Source: Phenylobacterium sp.
GTDB taxonomy: Bacteria; Pseudomonadota; Alphaproteobacteria; Caulobacterales; Caulobacteraceae
Direction of reading: 5' to 3'
NCBI RefSeq assembly: GCF_044358365.1
Contig: NZ_JBIKNZ010000007.1
Span: 9,488 to 73,487 of the forward strand
Length of the DNA: 64,000 nt
The translations under genes and the position numbers were made by a program. This document shows positions 28,406 through 38,059 of the stretch, one piece after another. The notes below the pieces were generated by a model. The model was given only the letters and a program-made list of their open reading frames with translations. It had not been told where the DNA came from and did not search any database. Numbering within the stretch: the first letter of the stretch is position 1; each line of letters opens with the position of its first letter.

Positions 28406-30367
28406 ATGATTGATCTGATTTTTCCCGACGGCACGAAACGAGAGTTCGAGGCCGGGGTCACGGGCAAGGAGGTCGCGGCGTCCATCGCGATCTCGCTGGC
28501 CAAACGCGCCGTGCTGGTGAAGCTGGACGGTGAACTGCTGGACGTGGACCGTGCGCTGGAGCGGGGCGGCAAGTTCGAGATCCTGTCGCGTGATGCGCCC
28601 GAGGCGCTGGAGACCATCCGCCACGACGTCAGCCACATCCTGGCCGAGGCGGTTCAGGAGCTGTTCCCCGGCACGCAGGTGACCATCGGGCCTGCCATCG
28701 AGGACGGCTTCTACTACGACTTCGCGCGTGACACGCCGTTCAGCCTGGATGACCTGGCCGCCATCGAACAGCGCATGAAGGAGATCGTCGACCGAGACGA
28801 ACCGATCGTGCGCGAGGTGTGGAGCCGCGACGAAGCCATCGCGCACTTCAAGTCCATCGGCGAGATCTACAAGGCCGAGATCATCGAGGGCATCCCCGCG
28901 GGAGAGGATGTCACGGTCTATCGACAGGGCCAGTGGAAGGACCTCTGCCGGGGGCCGCACCTGCCATCCACGAAGGCGGCGGGCAAGGCGTTCAAGCTGA
29001 CGAAGCTGGCGGGCGCCTATTGGCGCGGGGATCACCGCAACCCGATGCTCCAGCGGATCTATGGCACGGCCTGGGCCAGCGAGGCTGACCTGGCGGCCCA
29101 CCTGCACCGGCTCGAGGAGGCCGAGAAGCGCGATCACCGCAAGATCGGCAAGGCCATGGACCTCTTCCACATGCAGGAAGAAGCCAAGGGCATGATCTTC
29201 TGGCACGCCAAGGGCTGGACGCTCTATCGCACGGTGGAGGCCTACATGCGCCGCCGCCTGGACGCGGACGGCTACGTCGAGGTCAAGGCGCCCCAGATCA
29301 TGGATCGCGAGATGTGGGAACGCTCCGGCCATTGGCAGAAGTTCGGCAAGAACATGTTCACGTGCGAGACGGAGGAGGGTGAGAGCCTTGCCGTGAAGCC
29401 GATGAACTGCCCCGGCCATGTGCAGATCTTCAACCACGGCCAGAAGAGCTACCGCGACCTGCCGCTCAGGATGGCCGAGTTCGGCGCCTGTCACCGCTAT
29501 GAGCCGTCCGGCGCCCTTCACGGCATTTTCCGGGTGCGCGCGTTTACTCAGGACGACGCCCACATCTTCTGCCGCGAGGATCAGATCGAGGAGGAGTCCA
29601 CGAAGTTCGTGCGGCTGCTGAACTCGATCTACTCCGACTTCAACATGCACCTGGACAGTGTGAAGCTGGCGCTGCGGCCCGAGGAGCGTTTCGGTACGGA
29701 CGCTGTATGGGACGTGGCCGAACAGAAGCTGGACCGCGCCGCCCGCCAGGCCGTGAACATGCCCGTGGACCCGTTGCCTGGCGAAGGCGCCTTCTATGGG
29801 CCAAAACTGGAGTTCCACCTGAAGGACGCCATCGGCCGGACCTGGCAGTGCGGCACGCTACAACTGGACTATGTGCTGCCCGAACGCCTTGACGCCGAGT
29901 ACACCGCCGAGGATGGATCCAAGCAGCGGCCGGTCATGCTGCATCGGGCCATTTGCGGGTCGATGGAGCGGTTCATCGGGGTGATGATCGAAAACTTCGC
30001 TGGCGCCTTCCCGCTCTGGCTCTCGCCGGTACAGGTGGTTGTGACGACGATCACGTCCGACGCCGACGACTTCGCGCTGAAGGCGGCGGCCACCCTCCGG
30101 GCCAGGGGCCTGCGCGTCGAGACCGACCTGCGAAACGAAAAGATCAACTACAAGATCCGGGAGCACAGCCTGGCCAAGGTCCCCGTCATCGCCGTGATCG
30201 GTCGCCGTGAGGCCGAGGAGGGCAAGCTGGCGCTGCGGCGCTTTGGCTCCGACGGCCAGCAAATCCTGATGCTGGACGAGGCGGCGAACCTCCTTGCCAG
30301 CGAGGCGCAACCGCCGGATGTTGCGCGTCAGACGGTGGAGCGGGTCGGAGAGGTGCAGGCTGGATGA
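28406..30367 (+). CDS. thrS: Threonine--tRNA ligase
   Basis: TGS domain, [40 protein letters not shown]. Confidence 0.98.
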   Translation: MIDLIFPDGTKREFEAGVTGKEVAASIAISLAKRAVLVKLDGELLDVDRALERGGKFEILSRDAPEALETIRHDVSHILAEAVQELFPGTQVTIGPAIEDGFYYDFARDTPFSLDDLAAIEQRMKEIVDRDEPIVREVWSRDEAIAHFKSIGEIYKAEIIEGIPAGEDVTVYRQGQWKDLCRGPHLPSTKAAGKAFKLTKLAGAYWRGDHRNPMLQRIYGTAWASEADLAAHLHRLEEAEKRDHRKIGKAMDLFHMQEEAKGMIFWHAKGWTLYRTVEAYMRRRLDADGYVEVKAPQIMDREMWERSGHWQKFGKNMFTCETEEGESLAVKPMNCPGHVQIFNHGQKSYRDLPLRMAEFGACHRYEPSGALHGIFRVRAFTQDDAHIFCREDQIEEESTKFVRLLNSIYSDFNMHLDSVKLALRPEERFGTDAVWDVAEQKLDRAARQAVNMPVDPLPGEGAFYGPKLEFHLKDAIGRTWQCGTLQLDYVLPERLDAEYTAEDGSKQRPVMLHRAICGSMERFIGVMIENFAGAFPLWLSPVQVVVTTITSDADDFALKAAATLRARGLRVETDLRNEKINYKIREHSLAKVPVIAVIGRREAEEGKLALRRFGSDGQQILMLDEAANLLASEAQPPDVARQTVERVGEVQAG

Positions 30368-31296
30368 ACGGCGTCGCCGCCCCCAGGCGTACCGCAGAGA
30401 CCCTGACAGTCGCCGAGGTCGGTGAGCACCCGCGCGCCGTCTCGGTCGTCATGGTGATCTACTTCCCGGGTGAACCGATGAAGCGCAGCCTCGCCTGCGT
30501 TCTGGCGGACCCGGCGGTCAGCGAACTGGTGGTGGTGGACAACGGCTCCAGCGCGGAGGAGGCGGCGCACCTACGGGCCCTGGCCGTCACAGATCACCGC
30601 GTCGTCGTGGTCTCCGGCCAGGGCAACGTTGGCTTCGCGCGGGCCAGCAATCTCGGCGCGCGCAAGGCTGGCGGCGAAAGGCTGGTATTCCTGAACCCTG
30701 ACGCCTTCCTGCAGCCGGGCTGCATCGCTGAACTGGTGCAGGCCATCGAGAATCGCCCCGTCCCTAGCCTGGTCGGCGCCCGGGTGCTGAACGCTGACGG
30801 TACGGAGCAACGCGGTGGGCGGCGCGGCGAGATCACGCCCCTGAGCGCCATGCTGTCCTTAAGCACCCTTGCGGCGCGGATCCCGGCGCTCAGCCGCTTT
30901 GAGGTGCATTGGGAATCCGACACCTCGCCCGACCATATGATCGAGGTCCCGACCATCTCGGGTGCCTGTTTCTGCATGCGCCGGGAGGATTTTGAGGCCG
31001 TGGGTGGCTTCGATGAGGGTTATTTCCTGCACGTGGAGGACGTCGACCTGTGCTGGCGCGTGCGCGGCCAGGGGGGTGTGGTCCTGTTCCATCCCGGCGC
31101 TGAGGTCATCCACCTGGGCGGCACCAGTCAGACCAGTCCGATGAAGGTGGAATTCCACAAGGGCGTCGGTCTGGCCCGCTTCTTCCGCCGTCGGGCCGAT
31201 GGCGTGGGTCAGCATCTGACGGCCTGGTTGCTTTGGCCGGTGATAGTGGGCGCGGCGTTGCTGCGGCCGCTCATATGGCAGTTGCGTCGGGGGTAG
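30364..31296 (+). CDS. Glycosyltransferase family 2
   Basis: [39 protein letters not shown]. Confidence 0.9.
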   Translation: MNGVAAPRRTAETLTVAEVGEHPRAVSVVMVIYFPGEPMKRSLACVLADPAVSELVVVDNGSSAEEAAHLRALAVTDHRVVVVSGQGNVGFARASNLGARKAGGERLVFLNPDAFLQPGCIAELVQAIENRPVPSLVGARVLNADGTEQRGGRRGEITPLSAMLSLSTLAARIPALSRFEVHWESDTSPDHMIEVPTISGACFCMRREDFEAVGGFDEGYFLHVEDVDLCWRVRGQGGVVLFHPGAEVIHLGGTSQTSPMKVEFHKGVGLARFFRRRADGVGQHLTAWLLWPVIVGAALLRPLIWQLRRG

Positions 31297-31321
31297 GCGG
31301 GCGCGTCGCTGCAAACGGGCC

Positions 31322-31360
31322 GGCCGGCGGCAAGCAGCGCGGGTGTCCTGCCGCCAGGCC
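31322..31360. terminator. Hairpin between convergent GT2 and TonB receptor genes
   Basis: GGCC-GGCGGCA...TGCCGCC-A-GGCC. Confidence 0.4.
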
Positions 31361-31404
31361 CGCACCTATTGCGCAATCACCCGGCTGTAGTGCTCCGCGA
31401 TCGT

Positions 31405-33477
31405 TCAGAACTTCATTCGCACCCGTCCGACAACGCTGCGCGCCGCACCCGGCGTGATCCAGACGTTGCTGAAAGAGCTCTCGAGATAATAGCTGTTGAA
31501 CAGGTTTTCGACGTCCAGATGCAGGCTGGCCTTCTCGTTCAAATGATAGGCGATATTGAGCCGCATGGTCACATATTCTGGCAATTTAAAGCCGCTGTTG
31601 ATGTCGTCGCCGGGCCGTTTACCGACGTAGACAACGCCGCCACCGAGGCTGATCGAGCCGGGCAGTTCCTCATCGGAGCGCCAGTTGGCATAGAGCGCTG
31701 CCGCAGACTTAGGTATGTTGCTGAAACCGCTGCCGACGAACCCGGCTCGGGTGTCCCGGATGATCTTCGTGTCAGTATAGGCGTAAACCGCCGTGATCGT
31801 CGTGCGAGTATCCAGCCGGTAGTTCACGTCAATCTCGAAGCCCCGGCTTCGACCTTCACCAACGGGAATCGAGAAACCGCTGTTGGTTGGATCGTTGACC
31901 AGGATGTTCCTCTTGGTGATCTCGAAGACAGAGGCCGTCCCGGTCAGGGCGTTATCCAGCAGCGCATACTTGACGCCGGCTTCCAGCGCCTCCCCGCGCT
32001 CCGGCGCGAATGCAGCGCCCGAGAAGCTGGAACCCTGATTGTACCGGAAGGAGCGCCCCCAACTGGCAAAGACAGATACCTGATCATTGGGCGCCCATGT
32101 GATCGCCGCGCGGGGGCTGGTTTCAGACGGGGACTGTTTGCTGACGCTGTTATTGCGGAAGTTGGTGTTGGTCTGCTGGACCCAGTCATGCCGGACACCC
32201 AGCAAGACGGTGATCTGCGACCCCAGCGAGACAAGGTCCTGGGCATATATGCTCTGGCCCCGCAATTCCTCCAGGATGTCCTGGTTCAGCGTGGCCAGAG
32301 GCTTGGGCTGACCGTAGACCGGATTGAAAATATCAATGAGGTAGGGATTGGCCGCCGTCGGGTTGAAGCGGAAGAAGACCCGCTTCTGGTCAAAGGCGAA
32401 GGCATCCGCACCCACGCGCAGTTGGTGTTCAACACCCAGGATTTCCCGGTTGGCGCTTAGTTCAAGTCGGCCCGAGAGATCATCCCAGTTGTAATCGTGC
32501 ACCCGAAGCTGGCGGCGAAGCTGGCTGCCGACCAGAAGGGAGTTGTGCGTTGACTGACCTTCAAACGATCCCTCACGATACTGGACGCCGCCTTCGATCG
32601 CTATGCCCTCGGCGATGTCCAGCGTCAGGGAAGCCTGATGCTGGAGTGACTCCTGCCGCATCTTGCCGTCGTTGGGTTCGCCCAGGAAACGTGAACGGGG
32701 AAGCGCTTTGCCATTGCCGGCGACCGCTACCAGGCCGCGATCATGGGTGAAGTGAACGAGCGCGCCCTCAAACTGGTACAGCAGCCGCAGGGTCTCTGTC
32801 GGCTCCCAGGCGATTGATGGTGCGACCAACAGGCGGTCGCTGCCGACAAAGTCGCGGAAGCCGTCGGTCTCCTGATAGACGCCGATCAGGCGCGCCGATA
32901 GGCCTGCTCCCAGAGGTCCGCCAACGTCGATGGCGCCGCGTCCCGTATTCTGGGCGCCGTAGGAGAGTTCGGTCGACGCGTGAGTGTCCTTGAGGGGCGC
33001 TTTGGTGACAATGTTGATCGAGCCCCCAGGTTCGCCTTTGCCTGACAGAGCGGAAGCCGGCCCCTTCAGTACCTGGAATAGTTCGACGGTGGCCACATCG
33101 CGTCTGGCGTTGAAGCCACGGTTGGCTGTGAAGCGGTTCACCAGCAGATCGGGGCCCTGATTGATATCGCCCGAGAACCCGCGAATGGCATAGGCGTCCC
33201 AGGCGCCGCCGAAGCTGTTCTGCCGCGCCATGCCGCCTGCGTAGTCGAACAGGTCTGAAAGATTGGCGATTCCGGTTGTCGTGATCAGGGCCTCGTCAAG
33301 AACGCGAACGCTTTGTGGCAGGCGCAGGGTCTCGATCTCGATGCCATTGATGCTGGCGTTGGCCGCCCGCGATCCCGTGACGATGACGGCCTCTACGTCG
33401 GTCACATCGGCGGCCAGGGCCGGCGTCGCGCTGAACAACGCTGCGGAAGTCATCAGAATGGCGAAACGCTGGCTCAT
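31405..33477 (-). CDS. TonB-dependent receptor, probably zinc-related (ZnuK-like)
   Basis: Signal peptide, TonB box VEAVIVTG, QVLKGPASAL.G.GEPGG.INIVTK, C-terminal Phe; Zur box upstream. Confidence 0.9.
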   Translation of the reverse strand: MSQRFAILMTSAALFSATPALAADVTDVEAVIVTGSRAANASINGIEIETLRLPQSVRVLDEALITTTGIANLSDLFDYAGGMARQNSFGGAWDAYAIRGFSGDINQGPDLLVNRFTANRGFNARRDVATVELFQVLKGPASALSGKGEPGGSINIVTKAPLKDTHASTELSYGAQNTGRGAIDVGGPLGAGLSARLIGVYQETDGFRDFVGSDRLLVAPSIAWEPTETLRLLYQFEGALVHFTHDRGLVAVAGNGKALPRSRFLGEPNDGKMRQESLQHQASLTLDIAEGIAIEGGVQYREGSFEGQSTHNSLLVGSQLRRQLRVHDYNWDDLSGRLELSANREILGVEHQLRVGADAFAFDQKRVFFRFNPTAANPYLIDIFNPVYGQPKPLATLNQDILEELRGQSIYAQDLVSLGSQITVLLGVRHDWVQQTNTNFRNNSVSKQSPSETSPRAAITWAPNDQVSVFASWGRSFRYNQGSSFSGAAFAPERGEALEAGVKYALLDNALTGTASVFEITKRNILVNDPTNSGFSIPVGEGRSRGFEIDVNYRLDTRTTITAVYAYTDTKIIRDTRAGFVGSGFSNIPKSAAALYANWRSDEELPGSISLGGGVVYVGKRPGDDINSGFKLPEYVTMRLNIAYHLNEKASLHLDVENLFNSYYLESSFSNVWITPGAARSVVGRVRMKF

Positions 33478-33555
33478 TGGCTTTCCCCGGCCCGGTTCCA
33501 CACGAACACGGGACTGGTGACCGGATAGTGGTCACAAAAACCGAGGTCAAGAATT

Positions 33556-33572
33556 ATGTTATGATATAACAT
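33556..33572. promoter_or_regulatory. Zur-binding site between divergent TonB receptor and ABC genes
   Basis: ATGTTATG-A-TATAACAT, one mismatch to the ATGTTATA-N-TATAACAT palindrome. Flanked by TTGACC (minus strand, 33545-33550) and TTGACA (plus strand, 33577-33582). Confidence 0.8.
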
Positions 33573-33642
33573 CGCATTGACATCTGGCGGTCAGGTCTGC
33601 GATCAATCCTCTCCAACCATGATCCAGCGGGGGTGCAGAACC

Positions 33643-34377
33643 GTGGTCGAGCCTTCAGCAGACGTGCTTCTGCAAGTAAAAGACCTGCATGTTTCCTATG
33701 GCGACCGGGTGGTGCTGGACGGGCTCTCGCTGTCAGTTCGCAAAGCTGAGATCTATGGCTTGCTCGGCGGGAACGGCGCTGGAAAGTCGACGGCGCTGCA
33801 AGCCCTGCTCGGCCTCCTGAAACCGCAATCCGGATCCATAGACATTGCGGGCGTTGACCCTCGGGATCGCCCGGATCTGGCGCGGGAGCGGATTGCCTAC
33901 ATTCCAGAGAATGTGGCGCTTTATGATCACCTGAGCGCAAAGGAAAACGTGTCGTATTTCCTGAGCCTGTCCGGTGGGAGCCGAACTGCCGCTGAACTTG
34001 AAGCGGCCTTTGGCGCCGTCGGGCTGGCAAGGGAAGCCTGGGGGCAGCGGGTCGCGGGCTTCTCGAAAGGCATGCGCCAGAAGACGGCGATCGCTATTGC
34101 AATCCTGCGCAGGGCGCCGGTCTTGCTGATGGATGAGCCTACGTCAGGACTCGATCCGGGCGCCGCCGCTGATTTCAATGCCCTGTGTGGTCGCCTTCGC
34201 GATGAGGGCGCGGCGATTCTGGTCGTGAGCCATGACCTGCTGGGCGTCGTGGATCTGGCGGACAGGATCGGCTTTCTCGATCAAGGCCGGATCGTCGCCG
34301 AGGTCATCGCGGAGGGTCAGGAGCGCTTTGATCTCCGCGCGCTGCATGATCGTTTTGCCCGGGCGCGTCCGGCGTGA
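33643..34377 (+). CDS. ABC transporter ATP-binding protein (ZnuG-like)
   Basis: Walker A GGNGAGKS, signature FSKGMRQK, LLMDEPT, SHD. Start uncertain (33619 or 33643). Confidence 0.9.
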   Translation: MVEPSADVLLQVKDLHVSYGDRVVLDGLSLSVRKAEIYGLLGGNGAGKSTALQALLGLLKPQSGSIDIAGVDPRDRPDLARERIAYIPENVALYDHLSAKENVSYFLSLSGGSRTAAELEAAFGAVGLAREAWGQRVAGFSKGMRQKTAIAIAILRRAPVLLMDEPTSGLDPGAAADFNALCGRLRDEGAAILVVSHDLLGVVDLADRIGFLDQGRIVAEVIAEGQERFDLRALHDRFARARPA

Positions 34378-35822
34378 AGCGGGCTTTGGCAATTGCCGCA
34401 AACGAAGTTCAACGTCTTGTGCGCAGCCGGGTCGCATTGACGGGCCTGTTGATGGTGCTGCTGCTGACGGTCGCTGCCGCCATTGCGTCTTCCGCCTACT
34501 ACCGCGACCAGAGTGCGCTGCGAGAGCGGATGGAAGCCCAGGCGAACGCGGACTTCACCCAGCAACCGGACCGTCATCCGCACCGTGTTGTCCACTTCGG
34601 ACACTTCGCCATGCGCCCGCCCAGCGGGCTAGCGGCCATGGATCCCGGGGTGGAGCCCTTCACCGGTGTGATGGTCTATCTGGAGGGGCACAGGCAGAAC
34701 AGCGCCAACTTCGGTGATGCCCGTCAATCCTCATTGCTGGTCCGGTTTGGCCAACTCTCGCCCGCCTTTGTCCTGCAAGCGGTCGCCCCGCTGCTGCTGA
34801 TCTTTCTGGGCGCAGGTATGGTGGCGCGAGAGCGAGAGCGCGGGACCCTGCGGCAGATGATGCTCGCCGGGGCGTCAGGTGGCGACCTGATGATCGGCAA
34901 GATGCTGGCCCTGGGCGCCGCGGCGGCTGTCATGACGACGCCTGCGGTGCTGCTTGTCGGGAACCTCGGTCTCAATGGTCAGGTCGCAGCCATAACCGGT
35001 GGCATGATGCTGATGGGTTACGGAGCCTATCTGGTTTTCTGGGTCGTGCTCACTGTCCTGGTCTCCGCCTTGACCCCTAGCGCCCGTCCTGCGCTCGTTT
35101 TGCTCACGGCATTGTGGGCATTGAGCGTGGTCGTTGCGCCGCGCGTTGCAGCAGAAGCCGGCGCCGGACTTACCCAACTGGCCACACGCCTGGAGAATGA
35201 CGTCGCGATCCAGCGTGACCTGCGCGACATGGGCGACAGCCATGATCCAGACGATCCCTACTTCGACGCCTTCAAGCGGGCGACCCTGAAACAATACGGT
35301 GTGGCGCGGGTTGAAGACCTGCCGGTCAACTATCGGGGCCTGCTGGGCATCGAGGGCGAACGCATGACCGCCAGCCTGTTCAATCGATACGCCGCGCAGA
35401 ATTTTGCGGCGATGGCGGACCAGAGCCGGACAATGGATCTCGTGGCCGCCATAAGTCCAACCGTGGCCCTGCGTCGTCTCTCCATGACGACAGCCGGGAC
35501 GGATCTCGCCACCTATCGTCGCTTTATCGATGAAGCCGAGCGCTATCGATATGAACTCGTTCAGCGCTTGAACCGGATGCAGGCCGAAAGCGTCACCTTC
35601 AAGGACGATGCCGCCAAGAGCAATGATGCCGCCGCCGAGGCAAGAAGCCGCGTCAGCGCCGACAACTGGCGTGCGACGCCGGCGTTCCGGTTCCCGCAGG
35701 AACCCGCTGCGGAGACTGCCGCGCGCGCGACGCCGTCGCTTGTGGTCATTCTGGTCTGGCTCGCGCTCGCTGCGGGGTTCGCAAGCCTGGCAGCCTCGCG
35801 TCTTCAGCGGGTGGCCCGATGA
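34374..35822 (+). CDS. ABC-2-type permease, DUF3526 family
   Basis: HPHRVVHFGH, ARERERGTL, multiple TMs, large periplasmic helical region; 4-nt overlaps on both sides. Confidence 0.8.
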   Translation: MKRALAIAANEVQRLVRSRVALTGLLMVLLLTVAAAIASSAYYRDQSALRERMEAQANADFTQQPDRHPHRVVHFGHFAMRPPSGLAAMDPGVEPFTGVMVYLEGHRQNSANFGDARQSSLLVRFGQLSPAFVLQAVAPLLLIFLGAGMVARERERGTLRQMMLAGASGGDLMIGKMLALGAAAAVMTTPAVLLVGNLGLNGQVAAITGGMMLMGYGAYLVFWVVLTVLVSALTPSARPALVLLTALWALSVVVAPRVAAEAGAGLTQLATRLENDVAIQRDLRDMGDSHDPDDPYFDAFKRATLKQYGVARVEDLPVNYRGLLGIEGERMTASLFNRYAAQNFAAMADQSRTMDLVAAISPTVALRRLSMTTAGTDLATYRRFIDEAERYRYELVQRLNRMQAESVTFKDDAAKSNDAAAEARSRVSADNWRATPAFRFPQEPAAETAARATPSLVVILVWLALAAGFASLAASRLQRVAR

Positions 35823-37084
35823 GCGCCATGACCCGGGAGCTGTACTTCTTTCTTCGCCTGCGGTCGGGGATTGCCGCGCTCGCGCTCCTCTTGTTGCTGG
35901 GACTGGGCGGCGTCGCGTCGGGTCTGCTGGAAACGCAACGACAGCAGGACGCCATCACGCGCCTGCAGCCGTTGCAGGCGTCGGATGTGTCGGCGATTTC
36001 CGCCTGGGTATCGCGCAGCGGGGATCCCGGGAACGCGGCCTACTACACATTCCACGCCACCTGGAATCCGCCCTCGAATCTGGCCTTTGCGGCACTTGGC
36101 ATGGGCGATGTCGCGCCGTCGATCCTGAGGGTTCGGGCCCTTGGACTCGAGGCTCAACTCTACGAAGGCGATATCGTAAACCCGGAAGTCGCGATGCCGG
36201 GCCGCTTCGACTTCGCCTTTGTGCTCATCTACGTCGCGCCCTTGTTCGTCATCCTGTTGCTGCACGATCTGTTTTCTGCCGAACGGGAGGCCGGGCGCCT
36301 GGGTGTTCTTCGGTCGACACCGCAGGCGACGGCGCGGCTATGGGCGCCGAGGATCGCGGTGCGGCTTGCAGGGCTGCTTGTCGCCCTGGCGCTCCCGTTC
36401 CTGCTGGGAGCCTTGATCGCCGGAACCCCGGGGTGGAAGACCGCCGCAGTCCTTGGATTGATTGCAGCCTATCTGGCGTTCTGGTCGCTGCTGTCGCTGG
36501 CCGTCGGCTGGCGTGGGACAACGTCCATCGGCAATGGCATGACGCTCGCCGCGCTCTGGCTTGTACTGGCGCTGGTGGCGCCTTCACTCGCACACGTCGC
36601 GATCAATACCGCAGTCCCGCTACGGCAGGGCGCGGAACTTTCACTCCTGCAGCGAAACGCCGTACATCGAGCGTGGGATATACCGAAAACGGCGACCATG
36701 GACCCGTTCTTCCGGTCTCATCCGGAATGGGCGGGCACCGCGCCCGTAACCGCACCCTTTCACTGGAAGTGGTACTTTGCTTTCCATCAGGTTGGCGATG
36801 AGTCAGTCGCCACCCTGGCGCAGCAATATCGCGACGGGATCCTGGAACGGTCACGTCTGGCCGAGCAGGTTGGCCTGATCCTGCCGACGGTTGGCGTGCA
36901 ACTGGCCCTCCATCGCCTGGCGGAGACCGATCCACGTGCGCAACTCGCCTATCAGGACCGCATCCGCGCTTTTCACAAGCGCCTACGGACATTCTACTAT
37001 CCGTACATCTTCAACGAGCTTCCTTTCGGGATGGAGGATTTCGAAAGGGCGCCCCGCTATGCGCCTGAAACCAAACAGCCATGA
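35819..37084 (+). CDS. Second ABC-2-type permease, DUF3526 family
   Basis: RVRALGLEAQLYE, GRFDFAFV, EREAGRL, FHWKWYFAFHQVGD. Confidence 0.8.
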   Translation: MSAMTRELYFFLRLRSGIAALALLLLLGLGGVASGLLETQRQQDAITRLQPLQASDVSAISAWVSRSGDPGNAAYYTFHATWNPPSNLAFAALGMGDVAPSILRVRALGLEAQLYEGDIVNPEVAMPGRFDFAFVLIYVAPLFVILLLHDLFSAEREAGRLGVLRSTPQATARLWAPRIAVRLAGLLVALALPFLLGALIAGTPGWKTAAVLGLIAAYLAFWSLLSLAVGWRGTTSIGNGMTLAALWLVLALVAPSLAHVAINTAVPLRQGAELSLLQRNAVHRAWDIPKTATMDPFFRSHPEWAGTAPVTAPFHWKWYFAFHQVGDESVATLAQQYRDGILERSRLAEQVGLILPTVGVQLALHRLAETDPRAQLAYQDRIRAFHKRLRTFYYPYIFNELPFGMEDFERAPRYAPETKQP

Positions 37085-37156
37085 CGGTTTGATCCCGGCT
37101 GTCCCTGTAGCTTCAGTCTGCGCCGTGCGGGCTGGCCGCCTTCTGTAGCCCTTGAA

Positions 37157-38059
37157 TCACCCCGGAACCGGAAACCCGCCTGCCCGGCTGACCGAAGCCG
37201 CCGGCGTCTTGCCCACCAGCGCTGACGCCCAGTTGCCGATCTCGATGAGCTTGCCCAGATCGTAGGTCGTCTCAAACCCGGCGCGTTCCAGCATATAGAC
37301 CAGATCCTCGGTGCCGATGTTGCCGGTTGCGTTGGGGGCGAACGGACAGCCGCCCAGGCCGCCGACGCTGGCGTCCAGAATGTCGACCCCGGCCTCGACG
37401 CCCGCAAAGGCGTTGGCCAGGCCGGTGTTGCGCGTGTCGTGGAAGTGCAGGCGCAGCGGAATGTCGCCGGTCAGCTTGCGGGCCGCCTCCACGCGGCGGC
37501 GCACCAGCCAGGGATCGGCGACGCCGATGGTGTCAGCCAGAGCGATCTCGGCCACCTTCAGGTCGGCGGCGGCCTTCACGATTTCCATCACACGGGCTTC
37601 GGGGACCTCGCCCTCGAAAGGGCATCCGAATGCAACGGAGATCGTCATAGAGATCGGCGGGTCACCCGGCTTGCGGGCCGCCACGATGGCGGCCAGCGCG
37701 TCCACCTGCTCGGCCGTCGAAGCGCCCTGATTGCGGATGCCGAAGCCATCGCTGGCGCAGACCACCACATTGGCCTCGTCGCACCGGGCTTCGACGCAGC
37801 GCTCCCAGCCCCGGGCGTTCAGCACCAGGCCGATCCGGGAGCGGCCCTCGGCGTGGGGCAGGGCGGCCATGATCTCCTCGGCGCCGGCCATCTGCGGCAC
37901 GCGCTTGGGATTGACGAAGGACACCACCTCCATGCGCCGTGCGCCGGCGGCCTCGAGCCGGGCGATCATCTCCAGCTTCTGGCCGACATCCAGCAGGGTC
38001 TTTTCGTTCTGCAGGCCGTCGCGCGGGCCCACTTCCACGATCTCGATCTTGCGTCCCAT
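37157..38059 (-). CDS. hmgL: Hydroxymethylglutaryl-CoA lyase
   Basis: EVGPRDGLQNE, HFHDT, GGCPFAP.ATGN. Confidence 0.9.
   Translation of the reverse strand: MGRKIEIVEVGPRDGLQNEKTLLDVGQKLEMIARLEAAGARRMEVVSFVNPKRVPQMAGAEEIMAALPHAEGRSRIGLVLNARGWERCVEARCDEANVVVCASDGFGIRNQGASTAEQVDALAAIVAARKPGDPPISMTISVAFGCPFEGEVPEARVMEIVKAAADLKVAEIALADTIGVADPWLVRRRVEAARKLTGDIPLRLHFHDTRNTGLANAFAGVEAGVDILDASVGGLGGCPFAPNATGNIGTEDLVYMLERAGFETTYDLGKLIEIGNWASALVGKTPAASVSRAGGFPVPG

Noticed and set aside
33577-33642. N-terminal extension of the ABC ATPase from TTG 33577
   Set aside because: That TTG is the start of a TTGACA -35-like box beside the Zur site; a downstream start is more plausible.
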